Assembly: GCA_050950505.1 (NCBI GenBank)
Contig: JBMNHS010000001.1
Location: forward strand, 1,088,001 to 1,152,000
Length of the DNA stretch: 64,000 nt
Source: Candidatus Methanomethylophilaceae archaeon
Lineage (GTDB): Archaea > Thermoplasmatota > Thermoplasmata > Methanomassiliicoccales > Methanomethylophilaceae
Reading direction: 5' to 3'
In this document: positions 38,796 through 49,805 of the stretch, one piece after another
Layout of the letters: every line of letters starts with the position of its first letter
Position numbering within the stretch: position 1 is the first letter of the stretch
Notes under the pieces: generated by a model
Database searches by the model: none
The model's input: the letters and a program-made list of their open reading frames with translations, nothing else
What the model was told of the DNA's origin: nothing
Translations under genes and position numbers: made by a program

Positions 38796-39555
38796 TTATA
38801 ATTGGTTTTTTCGTTTCTTCTCCTGTGCTTTATCGTAGTATTCCCGGAGTTCTTCGACGGACAGGGTGCTGTTTCTTCTGCGGTGAATCATGCGGTGACA
38901 GTTGGAACACAGGCAGGTAAGGTCTTGGACGGGATCGATGAGAAGCTCCCCTTTAAATGTCGAAACGGGTTTGTTGTGATGTACTTCGATGAATCCTTTG
39001 CCGGGATTTCCGTAGCTTTCTTCGAAGTTGAAGCCGCATATCATACAGCTGCGACCGTGAGCCCTGATGGCGTTTTCACGATTTCGGGGATCGCGTTCAT
39101 AACGTGTTGAATATACCTTGGTTTCTTTGCCGTCTATATAGCTTTCAAAAACGTCTTTGCGATTAACGTCGTCAAAATATCCAATTTCAGAAGATATGGA
39201 AATTTCGTAGTTGTTATCCGAGGCGTGTTCAAATGCTAAATAAGGAAAGTCTTCGGGATTGAAGAGAGAATGATTTGGAAAATTTCTACAAAGCTCTTTA
39301 CTTAATTTTGAATCCCAAAAAACCTAATTTGACCTAATTAACCAGACTCCCTTGCAAAATAAGCGGGTATATGTTCCTCTTCTTCAATCAGAGTAATTAT
39401 ACGCTTTTTCCCATGTTCCATATCATCTACGTTAAAAAATTGATATGATTTTCTAGAGGGTGTCAAACCCCGATGTTCAAAGCATGATTTATCTGTTCTT
39501 TTGGCGGTTATTTTATTACCGAAACCGACCCAAGATTTATTTTTAAAATCATATT
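38796..39555 (-). pseudogene. HNH (McrA-like) endonuclease relic
   Basis: YERDPRNR...HGRSCMICGF...EVHH...LCSNCHRMIH is open back to 39323; upstream part has a frameshift in the A run 39317-39322 and TAA at 39338-39340. 5' limit approximate. Confidence 0.75.
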
Positions 39556-39685
39556 CTTACCAAATTTTTCTTATTTGAAACCACATTTCAAATATATCAT
39601 AGCTCACTGTCTTCCTTTTACTAAGTCCAACATTATAAATATTGTTTACGAAACCTATTTAACACGTTTAGATTCTTTATTATTA

Positions 39686-41881
39686 ATGTCTGACTCATCC
39701 TTCAAATTCCTCAATATTAAGAAAAAATATGATTCAGACGAACGTGAGAAACAAGATTATATTTTACAGAATTTTTATATTCCCTGCTTATCTAGAACTA
39801 TTGAGTATTCAAGACTTACTGGGTTTTTTACTTCGACATCGCTTTCAGTTACCTCGCGTGGAATTGCTAATTTGATTACAAACGGAGGTCGAATGAGATT
39901 AGTGACATCCCCGAGATTATCTCAGTCGGATAAGCAGGCTATTGCAGATAATGTGTGTTCAGAATCAGAAGTTATCGAAAGATCTCTAATTAGGGAGATA
40001 TTTGAGAATAATATTGTAGCAAATAAACATGTTGAGGCATTAGGTTGGATGATAGCTAATAACATACTCGAAATAAGATTGGCTATAATTTTAGACGAGG
40101 AAAACAATTCATCTGATGTCGAAGGTACTAATGATTTTGCTATGTTCCATACCAAAATAGGAATTATGACGGATAATCATGGGAATAGAATATCGTTTTC
40201 AGGATCTATCAATGAAACTAAAACAGGGTGGACTCGTAATATTGAATCATTCGACGTTTTTTGCGAATGGAAATCCTCAGATCAAGAAGAATATCTACAA
40301 GGTCATGTAAATGAATTTGAAAAATATTGGAAGCTAGGTGACAATGGTCGGTGTAGAACTATTGCATTTCCAAAGAATGTTGAGAATCTTTGGACCGAGG
40401 GTGTTACATCTGATTTAAAATCACTAAAAATATTCAAAAAATCACAAAATGAAGAAGAAAAAGAGAGAGGTTTTTCACTGCCATCCGGATTCAAATTGAG
40501 AGATTATCAAGAGAAGGCTGTGGAATCATGGGCAGGACAGGAATATAGAGGGTTATTCGACATGGCTACAGGTACCGGAAAAACTAGTACTGCCATTGCA
40601 GCCGCGCTCCGATTATATGAAGATAAGAATCAGGAAATCTGTATTATCGTAGCATGTCCGTTCTTACACCTAGTTGAAATGTGGGTAGAGGAATTTAGAT
40701 TATTCGGCGTAGATGGAGTCATCGAAACTCACTCTCAATCCAAGAATTGGAAGCGTGATCTTTCGAACAAAATACGCCTATACAATACGAAAGGTAAGTT
40801 TTTCGTCGTAGCGACAACAATCAATACGTTTTCTACTAAATATTTTCAAAATGCTTTAGAATCTATCAAGGGCGATGTACTGTTAATCTCTGATGAAGTC
40901 CACAGAATGGGCACTGGTTCTTACAGTAAGGGACTTTCTGATAAAATACGGTATAGGCTTGGCTTATCTGCGACTATAGACCGATGGAACGACCCCTCCG
41001 GAACAAATCGATTATTGAAATATTTCGGAGAGAGGTGTATTGTCTATGACTTAAAAAAAGCAATGGATCAAGGCATGTTGACACCGTACATGTACTATCC
41101 AATTCCCTGCTACTACAGCGACGAAGAATATGAAAGAATTGTGAATGTCAATAGAACCATTGACGAATTAAGTAGTTATGGCGGTTATGCTAACCGCGCT
41201 CTAATTCAAAAGGAAAAGGTTAACGGCGTGAGAATAATGGCACAAATGGAGGACAAAATGGTAATGCTGATTAAAGTTCTCCAAAATTACAAAGATAAAC
41301 ATCACATGTTGATTTATTGCGGCGACGCCCGTGTAAATTCTGATGATATCGATGAAGACACGGGTAACATCAATGGTGAAGAAAGAATGGTCGAGCATGT
41401 TTCTCGCAGGGTGTATTCCGAGTGTCAAATGGATCTTCGAAAATTTACTTATGAAAGAACGCTGGACGAACGAAAGGACATCATTGAGGATTTTACAAAT
41501 AAAAACCTTCAAGCACTAATAGCCATAAGATGTTTGGACGAGGGAGTCAACATACCAAACATACGCACAGCTTTCATTCTCTCTAGTAGTGAAAATCCCA
41601 AAGAGTATATCCAGAGGAGAGGCCGTGTGTTAAGATTGGCGGAGGGCAAGAATTATGCAGAAATATACGATTTCTTAGCATTGCCTAAGTCCGCATCTTA
41701 TCATTCATATATATCGGATAAAGATGATATGGATTTGAGACTCGCTGCGCGGGAATTAAAACGTGTTTATGAATTTATGGAACTATCCACGAATAAAGAA
41801 TATTCTACTAACTTAATTGAAAAAATTGCAAAAATATACAATGTGGGAGATATTGAATCATATGTCAGAAACTGTGAATAA
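39686..41881 (+). CDS. pbeA: PbeA-like PLD nuclease-SF2 helicase
   Basis: FHTKIG...FSGSINET PLD motif, MATGTGKT, DEVH, LDEGVNIP and QRRGRVLR; adjacent to dndCDE. Confidence 0.8.
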   Translation: MSDSSFKFLNIKKKYDSDEREKQDYILQNFYIPCLSRTIEYSRLTGFFTSTSLSVTSRGIANLITNGGRMRLVTSPRLSQSDKQAIADNVCSESEVIERSLIREIFENNIVANKHVEALGWMIANNILEIRLAIILDEENNSSDVEGTNDFAMFHTKIGIMTDNHGNRISFSGSINETKTGWTRNIESFDVFCEWKSSDQEEYLQGHVNEFEKYWKLGDNGRCRTIAFPKNVENLWTEGVTSDLKSLKIFKKSQNEEEKERGFSLPSGFKLRDYQEKAVESWAGQEYRGLFDMATGTGKTSTAIAAALRLYEDKNQEICIIVACPFLHLVEMWVEEFRLFGVDGVIETHSQSKNWKRDLSNKIRLYNTKGKFFVVATTINTFSTKYFQNALESIKGDVLLISDEVHRMGTGSYSKGLSDKIRYRLGLSATIDRWNDPSGTNRLLKYFGERCIVYDLKKAMDQGMLTPYMYYPIPCYYSDEEYERIVNVNRTIDELSSYGGYANRALIQKEKVNGVRIMAQMEDKMVMLIKVLQNYKDKHHMLIYCGDARVNSDDIDEDTGNINGEERMVEHVSRRVYSECQMDLRKFTYERTLDERKDIIEDFTNKNLQALIAIRCLDEGVNIPNIRTAFILSSSENPKEYIQRRGRVLRLAEGKNYAEIYDFLALPKSASYHSYISDKDDMDLRLAARELKRVYEFMELSTNKEYSTNLIEKIAKIYNVGDIESYVRNCE

Positions 41882-42029
41882 TGAGTTAGAGAAGAAACGT
41901 ATATACAATATGAGGATAAAAATTATTAGTCTAGAACGTGAAAATGTGGCTACTCAGTCACACTCTAATAAAGCTATGGTGAATAAAATAGCCGATATTA
42001 TTAAAGAGGAGGCGTTAAAACGATATTAA
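41862..42029 (+). CDS. pbeB: PbeB-like small protein (55 aa)
   Basis: Short helical ORF overlapping both neighbours at the pbeB position; call is positional. Confidence 0.6.
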   Translation: MSETVNNELEKKRIYNMRIKIISLERENVATQSHSNKAMVNKIADIIKEEALKRY

Positions 42030-43990
42030 CCCGCATAGAATTGAATAACTTCCGACAATATAAAGGCAAAAGTGAAGTTCATTTCTCAAAGGATCCCGAT
42101 AGAAATACGACAGTGTTCCTGGGCGATAACAGTGCCGGAAAGAGCACACTTGTCGAGGCGTTCAGATGGGCGCTTTATGGAAGAGATTTGAACTTGGATT
42201 ATAAACAAGATGTTCTGAACAAAGAAGTCGTTAATGGGATGTATTCAGGCAAGGAAGAAAAAGTCAGCGTTGAAGTTGAACTTATCCATAGCGACATAAG
42301 GCATGTTTTTAGAAGAGAGGTCTTGTACGTATGTACGGATATAGGTAAAGTTAGGGTAAAGGATGAGCTTCCGGTTTTCGCGTGGGTATATGATGACGGA
42401 GACAAAGAACGTCGAGAAAATCCTCATGAACTTATACAGAAAATACTACCCGAGTCCCTGGCCGGATATTTCTTCTTTGATGGAGAACACATTGAGAAAT
42501 TACATCAATCGAAAAACCTCAAGGATTCCATATCAATTTTAATGGGGCTTAAACCGTTGAAGGAAGCTGTAAACCATCTAAAAGAAGTAAATAAAGCTTT
42601 TTTGAATCAATGTGCATCCGGCACCTCAGCCAAGGAACAGGATTTACAACGGAAATTGGAGCAAAACCAGGAGGCTTTGAAAGAGGCTGAAAAGGTTTTG
42701 AAACGTGAAGAAAAAAATGTTGAAATTTTACGTGAACTTTTTGAAGAGGCAGAACAGAATTTCAATGATAATAAGAAAACTATAGACTATTCCATTGAAA
42801 TTAAAAAGATAGATGCCGAATTGAAGAAAAAATCTGAATATATAAATAATGTCTTGATAGAAATCTCTGAGATTTTCAATAAAACATATCTGAATATATT
42901 CTCATATGATATTGTCACTAAGTCTTTGGAACTTTTGAATGAATCCATGAATAATAAAATAATCAAGGAGAGTGTTCCGGGAGTAAATGCAGAATCTATT
43001 AATAGAATATTAGAACGAGGAAAATGCATTTGCGGCTCTGAATTGAAATCTAATCCTGAGCTTATTGAAAATCTTAAACTGGAGTTGAACTTTATACCGC
43101 CTCGTTCGATTGGTACGGAGATATTGCTCTTCAATAAAGGCGTTAAAGCAGAAAATAATGCAGTACCTATTTACAAAGATAATTTAGAAAAAAGATACAT
43201 GACATTTATAGATCAGCTTGATGAGATAGATAATTTAGAGCGCAGACATAACGAATTGTTATCCAAATCTGCAGGTCTATCTGACGAGGAAGCTAGTAAA
43301 ATTGCTAAGAAATACAATAGTTATAAACAACAATATAACACAGCTACCTCTAAACTCCGCAGTTTGGATAGTCGAGTTATTGATGCCGAAAAGGAGTTAG
43401 GAAAGACCGAAGACGACATTAAGAGACTGGCCATAATCGATGAGAAAAACAAGGTCCCTATGCTTTGTTCAAGATATACTGAACAGTTAATCGCTGAAAT
43501 TCAAAGTACTATCGATGTAAAAGAAAAAAACATCTACAACGAATTCAGTCATAAATTGGAAGAAATATTTGAAAAAATGTATCATGGGGAGCGTGTAATC
43601 GGCTTGACAGAAAAATACGAAATAAAACAATATACGGCTGCCGGAGAGACTTCCCTGTCTACGGGTACAAAGGTTATGCTTGGATTTGCCTTTGTTGCTA
43701 CACTGCTGTCCATGGCTCGCGAAGAGTTGAACAGAGGAGATTCAGATGTAGAGACGGAACCTTATCCGTTAGTCATGGATGCACCCACATCTGATTTAGA
43801 CGCTACACATATTGGTAACGCTTTTGAATATATTTCTGATGTTGCGGAGCAGATTATACTCATGATGACTGATAAAGACTGGGAGCACGCAAAAAATGCA
43901 TTGGGTCATCGCATTGATAAGGTATATCGGCTAAGTAAAACAAGTGAGACTCATACGAAAATTATAGAGGAGGATCAAAATGTTCGATAA
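42020..43990 (+). CDS. pbeC: PbeC-like SMC/Rad50-type ATPase (probable ACG start)
   Basis: NNFRQY, GDNSAGKS, FFFDGE, CICG hook, LSTG and VMDAP motifs. Confidence 0.8.
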   Translation, partial: TILTRIELNNFRQYKGKSEVHFSKDPDRNTTVFLGDNSAGKSTLVEAFRWALYGRDLNLDYKQDVLNKEVVNGMYSGKEEKVSVEVELIHSDIRHVFRREVLYVCTDIGKVRVKDELPVFAWVYDDGDKERRENPHELIQKILPESLAGYFFFDGEHIEKLHQSKNLKDSISILMGLKPLKEAVNHLKEVNKAFLNQCASGTSAKEQDLQRKLEQNQEALKEAEKVLKREEKNVEILRELFEEAEQNFNDNKKTIDYSIEIKKIDAELKKKSEYINNVLIEISEIFNKTYLNIFSYDIVTKSLELLNESMNNKIIKESVPGVNAESINRILERGKCICGSELKSNPELIENLKLELNFIPPRSIGTEILLFNKGVKAENNAVPIYKDNLEKRYMTFIDQLDEIDNLERRHNELLSKSAGLSDEEASKIAKKYNSYKQQYNTATSKLRSLDSRVIDAEKELGKTEDDIKRLAIIDEKNKVPMLCSRYTEQLIAEIQSTIDVKEKNIYNEFSHKLEEIFEKMYHGERVIGLTEKYEIKQYTAAGETSLSTGTKVMLGFAFVATLLSMAREELNRGDSDVETEPYPLVMDAPTSDLDATHIGNAFEYISDVAEQIILMMTDKDWEHAKNALGHRIDKVYRLSKTSETHTKIIEEDQNVR

Positions 43991-44522
43991 AGCGATTTCA
44001 ATTGACAGCGAATATAGAAATAAATTTATGCATCTCAGGCAGCCAATTCAACCCGATAGATATCCCAAAAAATTCTACATCTTTACCCGCTACATAGACA
44101 TATTGATGTGCGGCGCATTAGTCGGATTCAAATATAACAGAAAGAAAGGAGAAGGTGCTCCTGCCCCTGGCAGTGGTGATGAAGAATCAGAAAGGTCAAT
44201 CGACGCAACAATTCCCATAAAAACTGTATTGGATGAGAGAGAACGATTACTCAACATATACAGAATGATAATGCTTAACGAAGATGATCGCAAATTATCC
44301 GTTGAAGAACGTATAGACAACGCGTTTAGGTATACGGATGATAACGATGAAAGAGTCGCTGAGAATATAGAATTGATGATGTCCTACGCCTATGGCGGTG
44401 TAGACATTCTATATGAAAAATTTGGATCCATCAGCACACAAGAAGATGCCGTAGATATAATGAACCGGATTTACGACGGTTTGAAGATTGAGGATAAAAA
44501 TAGTATAACCATAGATCAGTAA
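43980..44522 (+). CDS. pbeD: PbeD-like phosphorothioation-associated protein
   Basis: Fourth gene of the operon; F..YIDILMCGALVG and YAYGGVDIL resemble this family. Confidence 0.65.
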   Translation: MFDKAISIDSEYRNKFMHLRQPIQPDRYPKKFYIFTRYIDILMCGALVGFKYNRKKGEGAPAPGSGDEESERSIDATIPIKTVLDERERLLNIYRMIMLNEDDRKLSVEERIDNAFRYTDDNDERVAENIELMMSYAYGGVDILYEKFGSISTQEDAVDIMNRIYDGLKIEDKNSITIDQ

Positions 44523-44524
44523 TT

Positions 44525-44932
44525 TTAACCAGAATTACTGTCTTCAGTATCGATATACATTTCAACCGAAGGGCTACAGAGTTCTTTGAAGAAATCCGTT
44601 GATGAATTGGTTTTAGTATAGAGATCGGACAGTAATTTTAAACCGTTTTCTAAATGAAATTCCATAACTTTGTTAAAATCAGCCATTCCAAATTTTTCAT
44701 CTAATTGTTGAGAAGCCATTGCGAAAAACACATCTTTATCAGATTCGAGAATTGGAGATAAATCGATATGGACAGCGTTTTGTTTGACCTGATTTAAATC
44801 AACACTGTTCTTAGACTGTAGAGATACGGCAATGGACATCCTACAAACAATATTTTTAGCCAGTCTGAGGCTGGAAGATAGTGAATCTAACATTTTTACG
44901 GATGTATCAGATATGTTGACAATGTCTGTCAT
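44525..44932 (-). CDS. dndE: DndE-like protein
   Basis: NIVCRMSIAVSL and HLENGL motifs; directly follows dndD. Confidence 0.75.
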   Translation of the reverse strand: MTDIVNISDTSVKMLDSLSSSLRLAKNIVCRMSIAVSLQSKNSVDLNQVKQNAVHIDLSPILESDKDVFFAMASQQLDEKFGMADFNKVMEFHLENGLKLLSDLYTKTNSSTDFFKELCSPSVEMYIDTEDSNSG

Positions 44933-46894
44933 TTAAACACCAAAATAGCCTGATTTTACTTTATTTATAACATCATTTGTCAAGGTGTATGACTTATTCA
45001 AAGATCCTTTCATGAAGTTATAGCTATCTGTATCGATTTCCCGATCATGGGATAAGATAATCGTTTGTTCGGCAACGATAGGGAAATAATATTTAATTAG
45101 ATTTTTAACGTGATGGGAATCCATTCTCCCCAAGGGAGAATCGACTATCAACGGCATTTTTACATTTGAAATCTGCACCAAACCATATACTATAGAGTAC
45201 ATAAGTATCCCTTTCTCGCCCTCGGATATATACTCCACTCGGACAACATTACCGTCATAACCCATTAGGATTAATTCATAATCTTCAGTGATATGAATTT
45301 CTTTTATCATATCGTCTTTATTAGCCAATATTGGATAAATCATGTTTATTTCGTTATTTAAATTTGAAAGAGTATGACGTTCAATCGTGAGAATCCGTTC
45401 ATTTATCAGCCCCAGGACATCATCTATAGTATCCACAGATTTTTTCTCTGATTCATTGATGATAGTTTTTCTCTCTTCAACCCGTATTTTACGATTTAAA
45501 TCATAGACTATGGATTCGTGATTTTTGATTATATCTTCTAAACGTTTAATTTCGATATTTGCATCGTCAATACTTTTACTCAATCCTTCATTCTTTGAAG
45601 CTAAAATCAATGCATCGTTAGAACTCTTCCTTCTCAAAAGGGTCTCCTGTTTCGATATCTCATAATGTAGTTGTTCTCGTCGTTCAACTGCTTTCAAAAA
45701 GTTGTGAATTTCAGAATCGCTTACCACAAAAGACTCTAATCTTAGCATGTCTTCGAAGGATATGTTAGACGTGTTATCTAAATCCGATTTATCTTGTTCT
45801 AATTTTTCTATGAGCGTGGTTAGTACATCACCTATAACTTCAGCATCAATTTTATCTTCGAAACTCTGTAGAATGTTCGGCCAGATTGCCATTATCTTTT
45901 CCGAGGTATATTTTGATATAACCCCATCATTATTTTTCTTGGCCGAATCTAGAGTAATATCCAGTTGCTTTGCCGACAATAAGAAAGGGAGTTTATGATG
46001 ACAGAATTTAACAAAATCCGAGTCAATCATATCATATTCATACTTCATCCGAGATATCTTCTCTCTAATACCCTCGATATCCGATTCAGAATTGCCGGTG
46101 ATTCTTTTAATTTCATCATTATTGAAATTGAATTTATCCAGATATGAATTTCTTTTTGATAATACATTTATCCTTTTATTTTCAGATTTAGAAATTTCTC
46201 TTTTGATAAAAGCTATTTGCCCCTCAAGGGTGGAAATCTCTTTTTGAGAAGTTTTCTTTGTGGATTTGGAGATTATATTTCTGCGTACTACATACAAGTC
46301 TCTTTTCAAATCATCCAGCTCTTTAATTCCGGTAAGATCTCTAATTGCAGATTTTAAATAGTTTATTGATTCGTCAGAAGAGATGGTATTCCGAACCGTT
46401 TCACCATCAAATAGAAAGTACTGGGATACATTCGGAGGAATTAATCTTTCAACAAAATAAGACCAATAATTCTCACTAATTACTTCAAGTGAGAAATATT
46501 CTCTTCTAAGAGTTAAATTTTCCACATAGCTTTCAGAAATTTTCTTAAATTCGCGCCTAATAATTATTGGATGATTATTCTGATTTATTGTGATTTTTAA
46601 TGATATAAAAAAACTATCTGGTATGGTTCCATTTCTAGCATGCACATTATCCAAATAGTTTTGATATGCTCTTTTGGACATCTGAGTTCCATTCATTTTG
46701 TTGCCATATAGGCATAATCGAATTGCTTCAGAAAAGGATGTTTTTCCTGAACCGTTAAGTCCTCCGATTAATATTATATTTTTTGAAAGTTCGGTTAAAT
46801 CATTGTTATATTCCTGAGTTTTTATCGAGAGATCGAAGATATTGATTCCGGGATAGTTTTTAAAATTTGAAATGGTGAGTTCATCTATTATCAT
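44933..46894 (-). CDS. dndD: DNA sulfur modification ATPase DndD
   Basis: GGLNGSGKT, FLFDGE, SEGEK, DSPLGRMDSHH and SHDREI motifs. Confidence 0.9.
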   Translation of the reverse strand: MIIDELTISNFKNYPGINIFDLSIKTQEYNNDLTELSKNIILIGGLNGSGKTSFSEAIRLCLYGNKMNGTQMSKRAYQNYLDNVHARNGTIPDSFFISLKITINQNNHPIIIRREFKKISESYVENLTLRREYFSLEVISENYWSYFVERLIPPNVSQYFLFDGETVRNTISSDESINYLKSAIRDLTGIKELDDLKRDLYVVRRNIISKSTKKTSQKEISTLEGQIAFIKREISKSENKRINVLSKRNSYLDKFNFNNDEIKRITGNSESDIEGIREKISRMKYEYDMIDSDFVKFCHHKLPFLLSAKQLDITLDSAKKNNDGVISKYTSEKIMAIWPNILQSFEDKIDAEVIGDVLTTLIEKLEQDKSDLDNTSNISFEDMLRLESFVVSDSEIHNFLKAVERREQLHYEISKQETLLRRKSSNDALILASKNEGLSKSIDDANIEIKRLEDIIKNHESIVYDLNRKIRVEERKTIINESEKKSVDTIDDVLGLINERILTIERHTLSNLNNEINMIYPILANKDDMIKEIHITEDYELILMGYDGNVVRVEYISEGEKGILMYSIVYGLVQISNVKMPLIVDSPLGRMDSHHVKNLIKYYFPIVAEQTIILSHDREIDTDSYNFMKGSLNKSYTLTNDVINKVKSGYFGV

Positions 46895-48182
46895 TTTTAT
46901 CCTCCACCATTTTATTCATGGAAAATTCGGATATAACCTGTTCTAATTTCTTATAAACACCAACCCTTCTAGAGATGGTTGAAAAATCTTTTTCTACTGC
47001 CAGTAGATTGTCTAAAAGTCTTTCTTCTGGAGTGTTACCGTGTGTAAATCCATCACCTAAAGCGTACGCATCGGAAGTATCACCATCATATACCCAGGCC
47101 ATTTTTATTAAAGTTATTTCATCATCTGATATCAGTTCTATATCAGGCTCGGTCTCTCTTAAACCATCTTGAATTTCCAATAGTTTTTTCAATAAATAAT
47201 GACGTGTTTTCAAAGTGAATGGTCCAAGTACCATAAATCCGTTTGAATCCAATTCCTGAGTTTTATTGTAATATTGATCATAGAACTTATCCAGACGTTG
47301 ATTTCTTCTGTGCTTTTCTCTACAATCTGGATTGTCTCTCATCATTTTGAGAGAATTCCTAAATTCTAACAACGGTAAATACTCTTCATGGCCTTCGTTG
47401 ATAAGACTTTGAAGAGCCTTATCCACTTCAACGACAGTACATGTCCAACAGCCAAATCTACTATGTCCTGAAGAGGCGGAATCTCCATCTATCATAAAGT
47501 CAATTTCAGAATTTTCACCTTTGTAAAGATGATATAATTCTATATTAGACTCGTACCATCCAGTATTCTTCCGTAATAAAAAATTCCAAACTTCATCTTC
47601 AGTTAGATCTTCTATGGGCGCATAGATAAAAGCGCCACTTATCGAATTGTGTTTTCGTAAATGAAAGCCACTTATCTCATGCTTAGTCATGCTTTCTGCA
47701 CGTGCTTTGCTTTCAGACTTCCGCGTACCAAGTAATATGCAGACTTCTCCGTTAATTCTAACATTATTTAGGATATATTTGTTCATCGGATCTATTTTTA
47801 GCCTGCTTGTGCACCATCTAAACCATCTGTTGGGGGCAGGATATCCTCGTCCAATGACATTTACCCAAAATGTGTCTGAAATATTAGGTCTCAATAGCTT
47901 TATCTCTACTGGATAGTTTTTACTGGTGGCCATATTCTCAATGTCCAGACACATCTTCTTTAATCTCTTAATTACGGGGGGAGATTCCACCATTGTGTTT
48001 GTGGAAAGTATGAATATTTTTTTATTTCGATGTTCGGGATTGAGTCTTGATAGCATTTCAAAAACTAACTGAACAATCATGGTGGAGTCTTTGCCACCGC
48101 TGAAGCCTACAATCCACGGTCTGTCGTTAGATATGTATTCTAACCTCATCTCTTCAAGAATTATATCAATATCTCGCGACAT
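46881..48182 (-). CDS. dndC: DNA phosphorothioation sulfurtransferase DndC
   Basis: PWIVGFSGGKDST, GRGYPAP, RWCTSRLKI and SRFGCWTCTVV motifs. Confidence 0.95.
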   Translation of the reverse strand: MSRDIDIILEEMRLEYISNDRPWIVGFSGGKDSTMIVQLVFEMLSRLNPEHRNKKIFILSTNTMVESPPVIKRLKKMCLDIENMATSKNYPVEIKLLRPNISDTFWVNVIGRGYPAPNRWFRWCTSRLKIDPMNKYILNNVRINGEVCILLGTRKSESKARAESMTKHEISGFHLRKHNSISGAFIYAPIEDLTEDEVWNFLLRKNTGWYESNIELYHLYKGENSEIDFMIDGDSASSGHSRFGCWTCTVVEVDKALQSLINEGHEEYLPLLEFRNSLKMMRDNPDCREKHRRNQRLDKFYDQYYNKTQELDSNGFMVLGPFTLKTRHYLLKKLLEIQDGLRETEPDIELISDDEITLIKMAWVYDGDTSDAYALGDGFTHGNTPEERLLDNLLAVEKDFSTISRRVGVYKKLEQVISEFSMNKMVEDKNDNR

Positions 48183-48283
48183 CTTAACCTACGTACTTCA
48201 CGTATAATCCCGGGTATAATAAGAATTGTGTAGTATATAGGTGATTAATAATACAAAATTATATTCCACGTTATTTTGTTTTG

Positions 48284-49805
48284 ACGTCTCTTCGACACCC
48301 TCGGCATAAAATCGAATAATTTTCAGATTCCGGACAGCGCCACAGCTGAAACATGAGCGGAAAAGCACTCAAAATCCAATTAACCGATTAAATCCGACGG
48401 ATCCATGCCCAATATACGCAGAAAAACCTTCAACTGCTGTTTTTCCGCGACGGGACCGTCAAGATAAATCCGTTCCTCAATTCTGTTCAAACGAACGGAC
48501 GTATTCCGAATCATACCGAACATGCGATACGCGGTTATGTTCCTGGGAATACCGAATCCTTTGCCGTATTCTTTCCGCGTGAGCAACTGCATCATACGTC
48601 TGACGAGAACCGCTATCGCTATGGAGAAAAGCATTACCGCTTCCCGTTTGGGCGATTCGAAGAACACCTGATCCGCACCGAGTTTGGATTTCATCTCTCC
48701 GAAGACGTTTTCAATCTTCCACTGTTGTAGATAAATGCGCATAACATCTTCGCCGGCAGTTCCGTCGACTACGTCCTCGAACGTCACGTCGGAACGTGGA
48801 AGGGACGTCACGATTACTCTGATATCCCGTTCCTCGGCCATCTTTCTCGCACGGGTTTCGTTGATGACGTTTTACTTCCAGCATAGCATCTTTTTCGCAG
48901 ACAAACGTCTTCTTTGCAATCTTCGTCAAACGTTCGTTCACATCCTTCCCGACTTTTTTGCGATAGAAGTTCAGAGAATGTTCTGTGTCGCTTTCTCGAT
49001 AAGCGATGAAACGGAGTTTTTCCCCGTTGGCGATTGCGTCAAGATCGCAAATCTCGTACTCCCGGTTCGGATCTCTCACGATGGTTATGTTGCTGCCGTC
49101 GATATGGTAGTATTTTGAGACGATGCCGTACTGTGCTTTGGCTCTCGAAGCGATGTTGTAGTACATCAGTTCAAGATCGCCGCCGAAAATCGTATCCATG
49201 GCTCTTCCCAGGGATACGTCGTTCAAAGATCGGTGATTGACCTTTGCGCCGAACAACGTGTCCACCGGCAATATCCGTAGAACGACGATATCGCCGTCAG
49301 CGAACGTTTCAGATTCTCCGTGAACATTGTGCCGCATATTGCTTTCAATGCGTTTCCGGGACTCAGCACGCGTTGGAAACGGTCCCATTCCGTGTTCTCG
49401 TCGATGTATTCGGGAATGTCGATTGTTTTCATCACTGCCATTCCGAGGGCGGAGCCTGCGCTGATGCTTTCGATCTCTTCCGAATCGTCATCGAAAGTGA
49501 ACTTCTTTCCGAAATCCGCGCTCGGTTCTTCCCTCATTGGCTGTTCATCCGTTCTTTCCGCAAAAATAGCGCCCGATCAATCGATTTTCAGTGATTTCGC
49601 CATCTTTCTGAATGGTTACTTTATCGATTAGCTTTGCTAATCGATAAAGTACCTCAATCTATATATAGCGCTCCGTCCATGCAATACACAGCGTCCGACA
49701 TCAGCGAAAGCTATCGCTGACGCTTCATTTTTCCAACAAGATCACGCAGAAATCGCACGGAATCAGTAATTATTCACAAAAATACAGGGGGTGTCGAAGA
49801 GACGT
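48284..49805 (-). mobile_element. IS1634-like insertion sequence, internally deleted and frameshifted
   Basis: Perfect 17-bp inverted repeat ACGTCTCTTCGACACCC (48284-48300 / 49789-49805); transposase fragments LNDVSLGRAMD, YHIDGS, FVCEKDA and YLQQWKIENVFGEMK spread over three frames. Confidence 0.8.
49617..49651. repeat. Perfect 16-bp inverted repeat with 3-nt loop inside the IS, upstream of the transposase
   Basis: TACTTTATCGATTAGC-TTT-GCTAATCGATAAAGTA. Confidence 0.9.

Noticed and set aside
39324-39326. TAG in the HNH frame as another pyrrolysine site
   Set aside because: It lies upstream of a frameshift point in a gene that also has a TAA lesion; ordinary decay explains it.
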